A stretch of 64,000 nucleotides of DNA from a virus (IMGVR_UViG_3300021400_000206:1615-65614); one strand, 5' to 3'; positions 1 to 9,524 are shown, counted from the first letter of the stretch. Notes: generated from the sequence alone by a model not told the origin. Numbers and translations are program-made.

Positions 1-2811
1 TTTAGCATAAACTCTACCTATCAGACGTATATATCTCACGGAGAGAGTGCTTACAACTCATTGAGCAGTTATCTGCCGCTGAGCGGTGGAACGCTTACTG
101 GCGGATTAACAATTAGTAATGGAAGCGATTTAAATTTACAAGCAGTACAAGGTTCGGCAGATTGTGGCGATATTGTTTTTAAAGATGGTTCTGGCAATGA
201 GGTTGGTCGTTTTTGGAAGCAAGATAGTGCTAATATTTTTTATGTAAGATTCGATGATGGTGTTGCACATTCGATTGTGCATAGCGGAAACATAGGTAGC
301 CAATCAGTTAATTATGCAAGTAGTGCTGGCAACGCCGATACAGTTGATGGTTATAATGCATATGCTGGAATTAATAACCCTTATGGTACAATACCAGTAA
401 TAACCGCAAGCGGATGGATGGATGTTGGTAAACAGTTTGAATTTCATTATGATAATACAACTGGTAGCGATTATAGTACCTTGTTGCGCTGCACTGGAAA
501 TTATGACAATGTAGTTGACCTTCCGTCTTCGTCAGGCACACTCGCTTTGACATCTCAGATACCAACAAACAATAACCAATTAACAAATGGCGCTGGGTAT
601 ATCACATCAAGTGGTAGTTGTGCGTATGCTGGTTATTCGGGATATACTACTGGCTACGCAAACTATCTTACATCACAAGGAACTGTGGTTGCGGCTTCTG
701 GTACAGGAAGATACGGAGAAGGTCTTAGGATAGGTCGAGTGTACGGAGAAGGTCATCCTGTTACTTACGGCACAACCCTAACAATGGAAGCATCAAATTT
801 TGGTGCAGAACTTATATTTAATGGAATAGGTGGAGGTGGTGCAACTGGTTCGGGACAAGCAATGTTCCGCACACATTCGGATTGGGACACATCAGAATGG
901 GGTGAATGGCGTACAATTATAGACAGTGTAAATATTGGAAGTCAAAGTGTAAGCTATGCTAATAGTGCTGGAAATGCCGACACACTTGACGGAGTCCACA
1001 ACGGAGATGTTACAGCTCAATATTTTTCAGTTGGCAAAACCCTTACAAATGCAGATACATTGAACACATTGTTGAGCGGTGTGTATTGCTATATGGACGG
1101 AAATAATCCAACTGGTTCTGTCGGAGATAATTGCGTTTTCCTTGGCTTTAGAAATAACCCAAGAACAGATACTTTACAGATAGTAGGTGCTGGTAATGAA
1201 AAACAGCTTTATTATAGGATAGCTTCAAACGTAGGAAATAGTTATGAAACGTGGAGCTCTTGGAAAGTTGTTATAGATAGCGACAATATAGGTAGCCAAT
1301 CTGTTAATTATGCAAATAGTGCGGGTAATGCCGATACAATAGACAATTATCACGCATATCAGCTTTTACCTCATGCTATTAAAAGGTCTGATAATGATAG
1401 TATTTATTCTTTGAGGTATAATCACGGAGAATTTGATAAAGGTGATTTCGGTGGTACGTATGCAAGTGAATATCCTTACAATTTTGGTGTATATATATCT
1501 TTATGTGGTGGTAGTAATAATAATGCTGCATTAATGTTTTTTGAGTGTGACACAAGTAATGCTCTTGGTCATATTAGTGTTTGTACGAGAGGTGCGGGAG
1601 ATTGGAATACATCTTACTCTACTTGGGGAACATTAGCATATATTTCTGATAATGTTGCGAGCGCAACACAATTACAAACCTCACGTTCTCTTTGGGGTAA
1701 CTCATTCAATGGCACTGCCGATGTAACGGGCGGCTTGACCGTATTAGGACAAACAAATCAGTTTGGCAGAGGTACTGGCGCAACCGAGATAAACTACAAC
1801 ACTTATTCTTTGTATGTTGGAACAGAGACATCAAGAACTGCAACTCCAGGATATTATACATCGGGAGTTGCCTTTACTTCGATGATGAAATATGGCGGTG
1901 TCGATAATTTTATTAATTCTCCGCAGGCTTGGATTGGTCTAAGATTAGTCGATTTCCCAGGTTCTGAACGTGCTGATTTAGTTTTTGCAACAAAAGAGGG
2001 TTCAGGTACAAGTAATACTGGAACAGACATACCTACAGAAAGAATGTGTATCTCTTGTTTAGGCAACGTCGGCATCGGAACTACCAACCCATCATATAAA
2101 TTACACGTAGGCGGTGATATTTATTCTTCAACAGGAGCTTATCTTGGTGGGGTTCGTGTAGGCATTAATTCAAGCGGTAACTATGATTCTAACGCTTGTA
2201 TCGAATTGATGTCTGGTTCTGGTTATATAGATTGGCATTATGATGGAAGCAGCTCAGACTATACCACTCGTCTTATTGAAAACGCAAGTGGGCAGCTATA
2301 CCTATATGGAAACTTTGTTGTAAGCGGTGTAACAACATTTGAAAGTAATGTTGGCATCGGTACTACAAGCCCAAGTTACAAACTCCATGTAGCAGGTGAC
2401 ATCTACGCAACTGGTGGTGTAACATCATTGTCAGATGCCCGCCATAAGACCATCATGGGCGACACTAAGCTGAGAGTAGAGCAGATAGCCGAAATGCCCG
2501 CTATCACCTACAAGTGGAACGACAGACGGGACAATGACCTACATGTTGGTTCTATTGCTCAGAATTGGCAGAGGATATTGCCAGAAGTGGTAAGTGTTGC
2601 TAATGACCTTGAGGGTACGCTGTCTATCAATTACGGCGTTGCTGCTATGATTGCAAGTATTGTGACCGCCAAAAAGGTCGTTGACCATGAAGCCCGCATC
2701 AAGGCACTTGAAAGCGAGAATAGTGACTTGAAACAGGCTCTCAGCTTTGTAAAGAACGCTTATGATGATTTGAAATCAAAGTATGGTGAATTAATATCAA
2801 AAATTGCATAA
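1..2811 (+). CDS. Long tail fibre/receptor-binding protein with C-terminal intramolecular chaperone (peptidase S74-like); 5' end lies outside the window
   Basis: Frame is open from base 1. YLPLSGGTLTG, 3x NIGSQSVxYAxSAGNADT, LWGNSFNGTADVTG, 2x NVGIGTTxPSYKLHV; ends with SDARHK...GSIAQ...LPEVV...INYG and a coiled coil. Confidence 0.9.
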   Translation, partial: FSINSTYQTYISHGESAYNSLSSYLPLSGGTLTGGLTISNGSDLNLQAVQGSADCGDIVFKDGSGNEVGRFWKQDSANIFYVRFDDGVAHSIVHSGNIGSQSVNYASSAGNADTVDGYNAYAGINNPYGTIPVITASGWMDVGKQFEFHYDNTTGSDYSTLLRCTGNYDNVVDLPSSSGTLALTSQIPTNNNQLTNGAGYITSSGSCAYAGYSGYTTGYANYLTSQGTVVAASGTGRYGEGLRIGRVYGEGHPVTYGTTLTMEASNFGAELIFNGIGGGGATGSGQAMFRTHSDWDTSEWGEWRTIIDSVNIGSQSVSYANSAGNADTLDGVHNGDVTAQYFSVGKTLTNADTLNTLLSGVYCYMDGNNPTGSVGDNCVFLGFRNNPRTDTLQIVGAGNEKQLYYRIASNVGNSYETWSSWKVVIDSDNIGSQSVNYANSAGNADTIDNYHAYQLLPHAIKRSDNDSIYSLRYNHGEFDKGDFGGTYASEYPYNFGVYISLCGGSNNNAALMFFECDTSNALGHISVCTRGAGDWNTSYSTWGTLAYISDNVASATQLQTSRSLWGNSFNGTADVTGGLTVLGQTNQFGRGTGATEINYNTYSLYVGTETSRTATPGYYTSGVAFTSMMKYGGVDNFINSPQAWIGLRLVDFPGSERADLVFATKEGSGTSNTGTDIPTERMCISCLGNVGIGTTNPSYKLHVGGDIYSSTGAYLGGVRVGINSSGNYDSNACIELMSGSGYIDWHYDGSSSDYTTRLIENASGQLYLYGNFVVSGVTTFESNVGIGTTSPSYKLHVAGDIYATGGVTSLSDARHKTIMGDTKLRVEQIAEMPAITYKWNDRRDNDLHVGSIAQNWQRILPEVVSVANDLEGTLSINYGVAAMIASIVTAKKVVDHEARIKALESENSDLKQALSFVKNAYDDLKSKYGELISKIA

Positions 2812-2819
2812 GAGTAGGG

Positions 2820-2850
2820 TAGGGTGCAGTTCATGTAGAGCTGCACTCTA
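2820..2850 (+). terminator. Hairpin at convergence of tail fibre and minus-strand block
   Basis: TAGGGTGCAGTTC-atgta-GAGCTGCACTCTA just after the stop at 2811; no clear U-tract. Confidence 0.45.
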
Positions 2851-3046
2851 CAGTTACTCGATGCTCAATATTTGAGAATGCCAGGCGATCACCTCTCAAT
2901 ATGCATCTACACAAATTGCGATATTCGTTCACAGGTATGTCAAGCGCGTAAAACCATGCTGTCACCTCGTCAAGATCAGTCAATCGGATATTGCTTAGTG
3001 ACAGCAGGTTCACACAGTTATCTATGGGCACGAGTTTCGTAGTCAT
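2831..3046 (-). CDS. Hypothetical protein (71 aa)
   Basis: Overlaps the end of the upstream minus-strand gene; fills the gap. Confidence 0.5.
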   Translation of the reverse strand: MTTKLVPIDNCVNLLSLSNIRLTDLDEVTAWFYALDIPVNEYRNLCRCILRGDRLAFSNIEHRVTVECSST

Positions 3047-3449
3047 AATGATTGCATTTTGGGCATACTACCATCGCTACGGCAGGAAATAGCAATCTAC
3101 CAAGCTCACCGGTAAGATAGGCCGCCTCCTCACTCTTTGGATCAACATGATAGTAGCTGCTTATGTGTTCAACAATATGTTTCTTTTCGTGGTCGATAGT
3201 GTCGTACATCTGTTCTGCAGATGTAGTCTTGCTCACAAACATCAGCGAGTAATGCCCGTCGTAATCAGTCAGCGTGTAACCACTATTAGGCTGTGATAGC
3301 TCCATACATATCTTGCGAGCTCTATAATCCGGGCACCCAATAGACAGCAACGCCTCGTAGACCTCTCTTAAATCTTCTGTGTCAGATATGTTCAGAGAGG
3401 CCATTATCCACCAGTCGCGACGGCCAAGATAGAATCCGGTCTGTACCAT
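3018..3449 (-). CDS. Putative zincin-like metallopeptidase
   Basis: HEKKH (HExxH) followed by SEEAAYLTG. Confidence 0.6.
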   Translation of the reverse strand: MVQTGFYLGRRDWWIMASLNISDTEDLREVYEALLSIGCPDYRARKICMELSQPNSGYTLTDYDGHYSLMFVSKTTSAEQMYDTIDHEKKHIVEHISSYYHVDPKSEEAAYLTGELGRLLFPAVAMVVCPKCNHYDYETRAHR

Positions 3450-3453
3450 AAGC

Positions 3454-3852
3454 CTAAATCATTCGTTCCCAAAAGATAGGAATGCCCGCATTACACATCT
3501 TGGTAACAAAGCAATCCAATACGTTACACGGATGCCCGTCAGGATCAAGAAGAGTCTCTTCTACGAATGTAGCTCGCTGCTCATCAGTCTTGCAAGTCTT
3601 TGGGTAGTCTGCTACAGCCATATTAAAGAGATACCATGCCGTATAGAACATATTGTCCGGCAGCACTATCTTCTTGTCTGCCATGATTTCTGCCACCTCG
3701 TCTGCCGTGCGCGGTGTTATCGGCTTCATCTTCTCAGTCGCAGGGTCTTTTGCCATCATATTACCAATAGCCCACTTTGCGAGCTTTCTACTAAACTGGC
3801 CATGATACATATCTTCGTATATGGCTCTTTCTTCCGAGATATATTGTTTCAT
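3454..3852 (-). CDS. Hypothetical phage protein (132 aa)
   Basis: Tightly packed in operon; YHGQFSRKLAKWAI and NMAVADY segments. Confidence 0.8.
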   Translation of the reverse strand: MKQYISEERAIYEDMYHGQFSRKLAKWAIGNMMAKDPATEKMKPITPRTADEVAEIMADKKIVLPDNMFYTAWYLFNMAVADYPKTCKTDEQRATFVEETLLDPDGHPCNVLDCFVTKMCNAGIPIFWERMI

Positions 3853-3915
3853 AATTCATTTTATGTTAATTATACAATTAAAAGCCAAGAGAGCCGAAGC
3901 TCTCTCAGCCGATTT

Positions 3916-4164
3916 TTACACGAAACGCCCTCGTGCGTCACGCATACGTCTCCAGTTCTCATCCTGCTCATGGTCCTTGAAGCCATGCTCATAGCCGGTA
4001 CGATACCCTTCGTCGTAGTCATTATCACGATAGTTGCCTGCTCTCATGTCTCCATCCATACGATAGCCATCATTACGATAGCCATTCATACGTCGGTACA
4101 TCTCCTCGCGACGATAACCATCATCAATGTGCTTATCGTTCACAATAATAAAACGTCTGCTCAT
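3916..4164 (-). CDS. Small Arg/Asp/Tyr/Gly-rich protein ending RDARGRFV
   Basis: Low-complexity GYR/GYE repeats; operon spacing. Confidence 0.8.
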   Translation of the reverse strand: MSRRFIIVNDKHIDDGYRREEMYRRMNGYRNDGYRMDGDMRAGNYRDNDYDEGYRTGYEHGFKDHEQDENWRRMRDARGRFV

Positions 4165-4187
4165 ACTTTCTCTTCTTTTAAGGGATT

Positions 4188-4724
4188 CTACTTCTTGGTA
4201 GGTGTAAACAGCTCGTTCAGCTTGTCGATGATAGTGTCGAGTTTCTTATCAGTTGCAGCCTGCCTTTCCTCCAGAACCTTAATAGAGCGGTCGCGTTTCT
4301 TTTCTTCCGCATACCTTGGGTTAAGCTTCTCAAGCATTTTCTCACCTTCGGAGAGAACAGACTTGTTATAAGATTCTCTTTCCAACTCCTGCTTTGATAC
4401 CTGCATCATAGCATCAACAGCCTGAATGGTAGCCTGCTGATTGCAACTTATAAACGTATTACCGCCATTGTAAGATGCAGTCTCGTTGTTTGCAGGCAGG
4501 TTGTTAAATGGTACATCGTTTCCGTTGATTGATGCAACAATATCCACGACAGCATTCTGTCCGTTCATGGCCGAAAGGCCGTTTAAGAGTGGCTGATTGG
4601 TCTGATAAGCAGCCTTCGGCTCGCTCTTAGACTTGACAACACCCAACTGCAGAACTGGCTTCTGCTTGTCGCTTTTTTGTAAAACATAGAGCGTCTGACC
4701 CGCTCCAAGACTTTTGAAATCCAT
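4188..4724 (-). CDS. Hypothetical protein with C-terminal coiled coil (178 aa)
   Basis: ORF track; operon spacing. Confidence 0.8.
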   Translation of the reverse strand: MDFKSLGAGQTLYVLQKSDKQKPVLQLGVVKSKSEPKAAYQTNQPLLNGLSAMNGQNAVVDIVASINGNDVPFNNLPANNETASYNGGNTFISCNQQATIQAVDAMMQVSKQELERESYNKSVLSEGEKMLEKLNPRYAEEKKRDRSIKVLEERQAATDKKLDTIIDKLNELFTPTKK

Positions 4725-4762
4725 TGTTTGTTACTTTTAATGTTGAATAAATTTTCACCGAA

Positions 4763-5104
4763 TCATACTGTAGTGCGAGACATCATCTGTAGTATGCCAT
4801 TGAATCTGTCATTGAATACAGAGAATACGCCGGTCCCTCCGATAAGCTCTGCCACAGTAACGGGAGTCCCATCAAAAAGAGTGAGCGCACGGGTCGTACC
4901 ATTGAGCGTAAGAGTAATCGGCAGCGTTTGCGTGGTGCCGGTTGGAATGGCATCAGCAAGCCGTACCGTGAAGTAGCCCACTGGAGGCAGAGAGCCACGG
5001 ATAAACCCAAGGGCGACATCTACCGACTCTGTGCCGACGGTTATTTTTGTCGAGCTCAGATAAGGAATCCCGCGATTGTTGGTTGTAACGTTAAAACACC
5101 CCAT
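4763..5104 (-). CDS. Hypothetical beta-rich protein (113 aa)
   Basis: ORF track; Thr/Val-rich. Confidence 0.8.
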   Translation of the reverse strand: MGCFNVTTNNRGIPYLSSTKITVGTESVDVALGFIRGSLPPVGYFTVRLADAIPTGTTQTLPITLTLNGTTRALTLFDGTPVTVAELIGGTGVFSVFNDRFNGILQMMSRTTV

Positions 5105-5119
5105 AGCTCACCTCCTTTC

Positions 5120-6061
5120 TTAGAAGTTGACGTTGCCACCGAAACCACCAAAACCACCAAAACCGGGATAGTAACCACCCATGTATGGAGTAGTGTTAAC
5201 TACCGAAACCTGTGGGTACTCAACATTGATGGTGTTGGGGAGTTTGCACTTGATGTCGTCAACCTCCTTGTTCAGAGCTGCGAGGGCAGCGTTTACAGGT
5301 ACCAGGTTCTGAGCAATCACGCCTGCGGTGAAGTTCTGACTCTTCAAGGTAGCAATCTCGGCATCCTTTGCTGCGATTTCGCGGTCCTTTCGGCTGCTCT
5401 CCATGGCATCAATCTTGTTGTCAAGAGCAAGGTAGTTGCGGTTCATTGCGTCAGTAAGATTGTAGGTCTGCTGGCACATGGCAAGCTGATCTGCTGCAGC
5501 CTTGGCATCAACCTTGCTTCCTACGCCATTGATAGCATTCTGCATGGTGTTTGTCTGCTGGCAAGTAGCAAGCTGCTGGTCGCAGCAACACTTTTGGAAA
5601 GCACTTGTCAGTGCTGCATCACCGCTCTGGATTGAGTTGATAATCTGAGGAACACTTACAGCCTGTTGCAAAGCAAGAGTCTGTAATGCGTTCTGAACAT
5701 TACCAACTGCGCTGTTCACGAGGTTGAAGTCCTGGCCGAGCATGGTGCTCAGTGTTTGGATGGCTGTACGTGAAGCCTCGCCCTGGTTGGTCACTGCGTT
5801 CATGATCAGCTCGCGGCCTGAGTCGTTCGAAAGCTGGTTAGCAAGGAAAGCTGCGCCAGAGTTGCCGCCGCCGAAGCCACCATTACCAAAACCTCCGCCG
5901 TTCCAGCCGAACATCGATGCGATGATTGCGAGGCCGAACAGGTCAGCGATACCATTCATACCATAACCAAAACCATTACCCATACCTCCTATGGGAATAG
6001 AGAATGGAACACCTCCGAGACCACTGTTGCCGCCGTCAGGAATAGAATAAATTTCTGCCAT
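5120..6061 (-). CDS. Gly-rich, CCC-motif coiled-coil protein (313 aa), function unknown
   Basis: Hydrophobic GLAIIASMFGW flanked by GGFG repeats, long Q/N/A heptad region with KCCCD, C-terminal GGFGGFGG. Confidence 0.85.
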   Translation of the reverse strand: MAEIYSIPDGGNSGLGGVPFSIPIGGMGNGFGYGMNGIADLFGLAIIASMFGWNGGGFGNGGFGGGNSGAAFLANQLSNDSGRELIMNAVTNQGEASRTAIQTLSTMLGQDFNLVNSAVGNVQNALQTLALQQAVSVPQIINSIQSGDAALTSAFQKCCCDQQLATCQQTNTMQNAINGVGSKVDAKAAADQLAMCQQTYNLTDAMNRNYLALDNKIDAMESSRKDREIAAKDAEIATLKSQNFTAGVIAQNLVPVNAALAALNKEVDDIKCKLPNTINVEYPQVSVVNTTPYMGGYYPGFGGFGGFGGNVNF

Positions 6062-6126
6062 AATCTTTTTTTTTGTTTGAATTGTTAATACTAATTTTAC
6101 TTAGGTTATCCGGAAAAACCACATTG

Positions 6127-6134
6127 CAAAGTTA
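6127..6134 (-). promoter_or_regulatory. Bacteroidetes -7 promoter element for the Gly-rich cassette
   Basis: TAACTTTG(CA) on minus strand, about 65 nt upstream of ATG 6061. Confidence 0.6.
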
Positions 6135-6171
6135 TTACATTTTCAAACACAAAAAGATAATTCATGGCACA

Positions 6172-6414
6172 TCACACTGCATCAATTTTGCAGTCTGTTT
6201 CGAAGCGTTTTAGCAGATAATAAACCTTGCGTTCGCTTATGTTGTATTTTTCTGACAAAACAGCGATGGCATACGACTTCTTGTAGCCATCATTCATAAT
6301 TGATTGATAGTCTTCGTACAAACCTATATAACGCACGTCTTCTATTCTAATGCGAGCTTTTTGCAGCGTTTTAAGGATATTTTGCCCTAATTTTAATATT
6401 TCTACGACTTTCAT
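6172..6414 (-). CDS. Small helix-turn-helix DNA-binding protein
   Basis: LSEKYNISERKVYYLLKRF is HTH-like. Confidence 0.75.
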   Translation of the reverse strand: MKVVEILKLGQNILKTLQKARIRIEDVRYIGLYEDYQSIMNDGYKKSYAIAVLSEKYNISERKVYYLLKRFETDCKIDAV

Positions 6415-6447
6415 TCGTTATATTCATTAAAATTTTATATCTTTGCA

Positions 6448-6577
6448 CCATCTCACCTTAATACGAAACAAAAAGCCCGCATATAGGTTGGAGACGCTTT
6501 AGTCCCCCGCACCTGTATGTGGGTAGAATCGTAAATTGAGGTGAGATGCTATTTATGAAAGTCGGGGGACTTTTTTC
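6448..6577 (+). ncRNA. Candidate structured small RNA with pseudoknot
   Basis: Promoter TATCTTTG at 6438-6445; stems 6449-6462/6535-6548 and 6476-6488/6511-6523; loop AGTCCCCCG complementary to CGGGGGACT at 6563-6571; then a T-run. Confidence 0.6.
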
Positions 6578-6639
6578 TTTATCCCCGATATAAATAGGCA
6601 AGCGGCTTTCACAAGAGGCTTGCTTGAGGTTAAGTTACA

Positions 6640-7263
6640 TTATGAAGAATTACTCTTCCTAAAAAACCTTAGATAAACAACATATATTATAAGAGTTACA
6701 ATCACGAACGGATAGAGGCTCTGTAGCCATCGTTTATACCATGGAACTTCTTTCTCGACCACGGTCTCTTTATTATGTATGTGCAGCAAGGAATCCACTT
6801 TCGAGGATAATACTTGGTTGGAGTGTAATAGCGAGTCGGTCTGCTTTGTAATCTCCGAGTACCACGTATCGTTTGTTTCCGACGATTGATGTTCGCGCTC
6901 GTAGTATTCCTTGATGATGATTTTTTCTTTGATGGTATCTCCTTTTTCGCCAAGAAACACCGTGCGACTCGTGTCGCGCACCTCCTTGCTTTTAAATGAG
7001 TCCACCAAAGCTGTCTGCTGCAGAAAGATGCTCTGCTGCCACGTAGAGGTGGTATGAATCAGCGAGTCAATCCTTGATGTAGCCTCCGTCAACTTCTGAT
7101 AGCTTACATCTGTCTCGACCATGCTCTTAGTAGAGCACGACGCAAAGAGCAGCACGATCACACCAATAAGTAGGTACATCATTATCTGTGGTCCACAGCC
7201 ACCATACAACTGCTGCTGACGATATATCTCAGCAAGCATTTTGCTTTTTTCTTCGTCTGTCAT
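6640..7263 (-). CDS. Lipoprotein with C-terminal TM helix, candidate unimolecular spanin
   Basis: Lipobox LLFASC, C-terminal FVIVTLIIYVVYL; directly follows the endolysin. Confidence 0.65.
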   Translation of the reverse strand: MTDEEKSKMLAEIYRQQQLYGGCGPQIMMYLLIGVIVLLFASCSTKSMVETDVSYQKLTEATSRIDSLIHTTSTWQQSIFLQQTALVDSFKSKEVRDTSRTVFLGEKGDTIKEKIIIKEYYEREHQSSETNDTWYSEITKQTDSLLHSNQVLSSKVDSLLHIHNKETVVEKEVPWYKRWLQSLYPFVIVTLIIYVVYLRFFRKSNSS

Positions 7264-7841
7264 AAGCCAAATTCTTTTTTGAAACGTCTGTAATAGAAAA
7301 GTCTCTGAGCGAGACCATTCTGACCACCATTGACTTTTTTGGTTATTCTTTTCACTACGTCCTCGCCCATCTTGCCGCCATCATCGGTATCGGCAAGCTC
7401 ATTCAGCTTGTTGGTCTGCCAAAACCACATCGAAGCCATCTGGTTAAGCGGAAACTCAGCAACCTTTTCGGGATGGGCCACTACGTCTTCGGTGCAAAGG
7501 TCAGAGTTGTTGAACGCCTTGTAGTTTCCGAGCCCGGTGAGCTGGATATAACCCCGGCCCTTATACTTCTGTCCGTCACCATCTTTTTCGGGCGTGTTGC
7601 CGAGCGCAATAGCCTTGGCACCCGTATCGTAGGCAGCACCACTCGCCAGCTCTGTAGTATATCGAAGGCAGGCACTCTCATGCATCACCTGTGCGAGATA
7701 GTGGACCATTCTTTTCGTTGAGTCAATGCCATAGGCGAGATGCCACATATTGAAAGATGCGACGAACTCGTCAATAGCCGATACGGTAGGGAGGCTGCAG
7801 CCTATCAAAGCCCTCTGAATCTGTTGTCTGTTGATCTGCAT
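7260..7841 (-). CDS. Endolysin, glycoside hydrolase family 19
   Basis: LAQVMHES, YKGRGYIQLTG..NY, SMWFW, ITKKVNGG motifs. Confidence 0.92.
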   Translation of the reverse strand: MQINRQQIQRALIGCSLPTVSAIDEFVASFNMWHLAYGIDSTKRMVHYLAQVMHESACLRYTTELASGAAYDTGAKAIALGNTPEKDGDGQKYKGRGYIQLTGLGNYKAFNNSDLCTEDVVAHPEKVAEFPLNQMASMWFWQTNKLNELADTDDGGKMGEDVVKRITKKVNGGQNGLAQRLFYYRRFKKEFGL

Positions 7842-7843
7842 GA

Positions 7844-8380
7844 CTATTCCTCCTTTTTACTATCGTTAATCGTTTCTTCAAGCGCATTACCTAAATGACT
7901 CTTTGCCTTGAAGATATTAACTACAAATCTCAGCAGCCAACGCCACACGTCAACAACCTTAATCTCGATACCCCACTTTACGTAACAGTAGTGGCCAATG
8001 ATAGAAGCTAATTCAGCCAAGCAGCCTACACCTAATCCGATTGCAGCCGTATATACGTGGCTAAAGCCATTCATCGGTTCTGTTATGCCCAATCCAACAA
8101 AGGCACCAACTACAAGGTAGGTAATGTAATCCACCGACTTGTTTGCGCTTCGCCTGAGAGCTCTCGACTTATGCCACTTGTATTTCTCCATTCCGGCAGC
8201 ATCGCCGCTATCCTTCGCCTCGCAGTACCGCTTCATGGTGTCAGAATGTCCCCACCACAGATCAGCCAATATCAGCATTGCTGATAAAATGATCATGTAG
8301 CGGAGTTCAAAAGCTACCGAAACCATCTCGCCGCCAAAGATGGCAAGCGTAAAACCTTTGTTACCCATACTTGTCTCCAT
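7844..8380 (-). CDS. Holin
   Basis: Several hydrophobic segments, ADLWWG...SRALRRSANK...DY, ELASIIGH; immediately upstream of endolysin. Confidence 0.75.
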   Translation of the reverse strand: METSMGNKGFTLAIFGGEMVSVAFELRYMIILSAMLILADLWWGHSDTMKRYCEAKDSGDAAGMEKYKWHKSRALRRSANKSVDYITYLVVGAFVGLGITEPMNGFSHVYTAAIGLGVGCLAELASIIGHYCYVKWGIEIKVVDVWRWLLRFVVNIFKAKSHLGNALEETINDSKKEE

Positions 8381-8435
8381 AATCTAATCTTTTAAGTTTG
8401 ATACAGAGCGAGCCAGGGCCCGCCCTGCGTTAGCA

Positions 8436-8609
8436 CTACTCATTAATCTTCTTCCAAAGTTTCTTGACTGTCGGAACGCCAAAGCAAGCTGCAATGACGA
8501 TACCGATAACGATTGGATAGCCCTCTTTGTAGTACAGGGCGTAACCGAAACTGCCAACCACTCCGATTATCCAAAGGAACAGGAGCAGACAAATACCTAC
8601 ATTTTTCAT
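8436..8609 (-). CDS. Small two-TM membrane protein (57 aa; not in ORF track)
   Basis: Manual translation MKNVGICLLLFLWIIGVVGSFGYALYYKEGYPIVIGIVIAACFGVPTVKKLWKKINE. Confidence 0.7.
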   Translation of the reverse strand: MKNVGICLLLFLWIIGVVGSFGYALYYKEGYPIVIGIVIAACFGVPTVKKLWKKINE

Positions 8610-8640
8610 TCTGATATAATTTATTAGTTAATAAAAGGGG

Positions 8641-9150
8641 TTACTTCTTGCCTTTCTTCGATGCGGGCTTATCCTCGCCAACGATAATATCCGACAGAGC
8701 TACGGACTGACCCATAGTCCAATCGTTGCCTATCATCAGCTTACCGAAGGCCTCGTCAGAGAGTGGCTCAAACTCAACCTCAACCTCTTTGTTGGCAAAA
8801 TCTTTCAGAGCCGCATCGACAAGATTGTTGTAGGGAATGAGCACCTCATTGACAAATTGGGCGTATTCAGCAGGACCCATAGGCAGCTTGTCTACGTCAA
8901 CGTTATGGATCCGGACCATGCGCTCATACTCCTGCGCCTTCTGATACTTCTCAGCAAAGTCCTTGTCCTGGGGCTTCAACTTCTCTGCAGCATCCTTCGA
9001 ATCCTCATCAAACTTGGTGGCGATAGGTTTCAAGGCACAAGCAATCTTCCACGCCTTTACTTTGTCATCGTCTGACATTGAGCCTGTCTTGGCCGAGTTG
9101 AGTACATTGTAGGCTGATAAAATCAGCGATGTCTTAATCTTTTTCTTCAT
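8641..9150 (-). CDS. Hypothetical helical protein, possibly tail-fibre associated
   Basis: ORF track; A-rich initiation region. Confidence 0.75.
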   Translation of the reverse strand: MKKKIKTSLILSAYNVLNSAKTGSMSDDDKVKAWKIACALKPIATKFDEDSKDAAEKLKPQDKDFAEKYQKAQEYERMVRIHNVDVDKLPMGPAEYAQFVNEVLIPYNNLVDAALKDFANKEVEVEFEPLSDEAFGKLMIGNDWTMGQSVALSDIIVGEDKPASKKGKK

Positions 9151-9227
9151 AACTTATAACTTATTTAAATTGATTGAATATTTACTTTCTGCGAATGTAG
9201 CAAAGAGGGCACGAAGCCCTCAATGCC

Positions 9228-9524
9228 TTAATCGTTCGGTGGGGTGATGATGTTTGACTCAATTTCATCAATAGCATCCCACACGAGGTTGCTGTCCCGA
9301 CGGCTCATCTGCGACAAGTCGTAAGTGAACTCATTACCACTTGGGTAGCCATTAAAATACCCAATGTTAGCCCCGATGTTACCACCATCATTGCGATAGC
9401 AGTCGCCGTGGATACTGGTAATTTGGTTATTACCAACGTCCTTGGAATAGTTACCATTGACGATGATTGAATCTTGAACGCACGTAAATGTGCTGTTCTC
9501 CGTTGTACTTAGAATGTTAAACAT
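9228..9524 (-). CDS. Hypothetical protein (98 aa)
   Basis: ORF track; A-rich initiation region. Confidence 0.7.
   Translation of the reverse strand: MFNILSTTENSTFTCVQDSIIVNGNYSKDVGNNQITSIHGDCYRNDGGNIGANIGYFNGYPSGNEFTYDLSQMSRRDSNLVWDAIDEIESNIITPPND

Noticed and set aside
3532-5635. 279-aa and 235-aa + strand ORFs
   Set aside because: They overlap a well-packed minus-strand operon; implausible composition.
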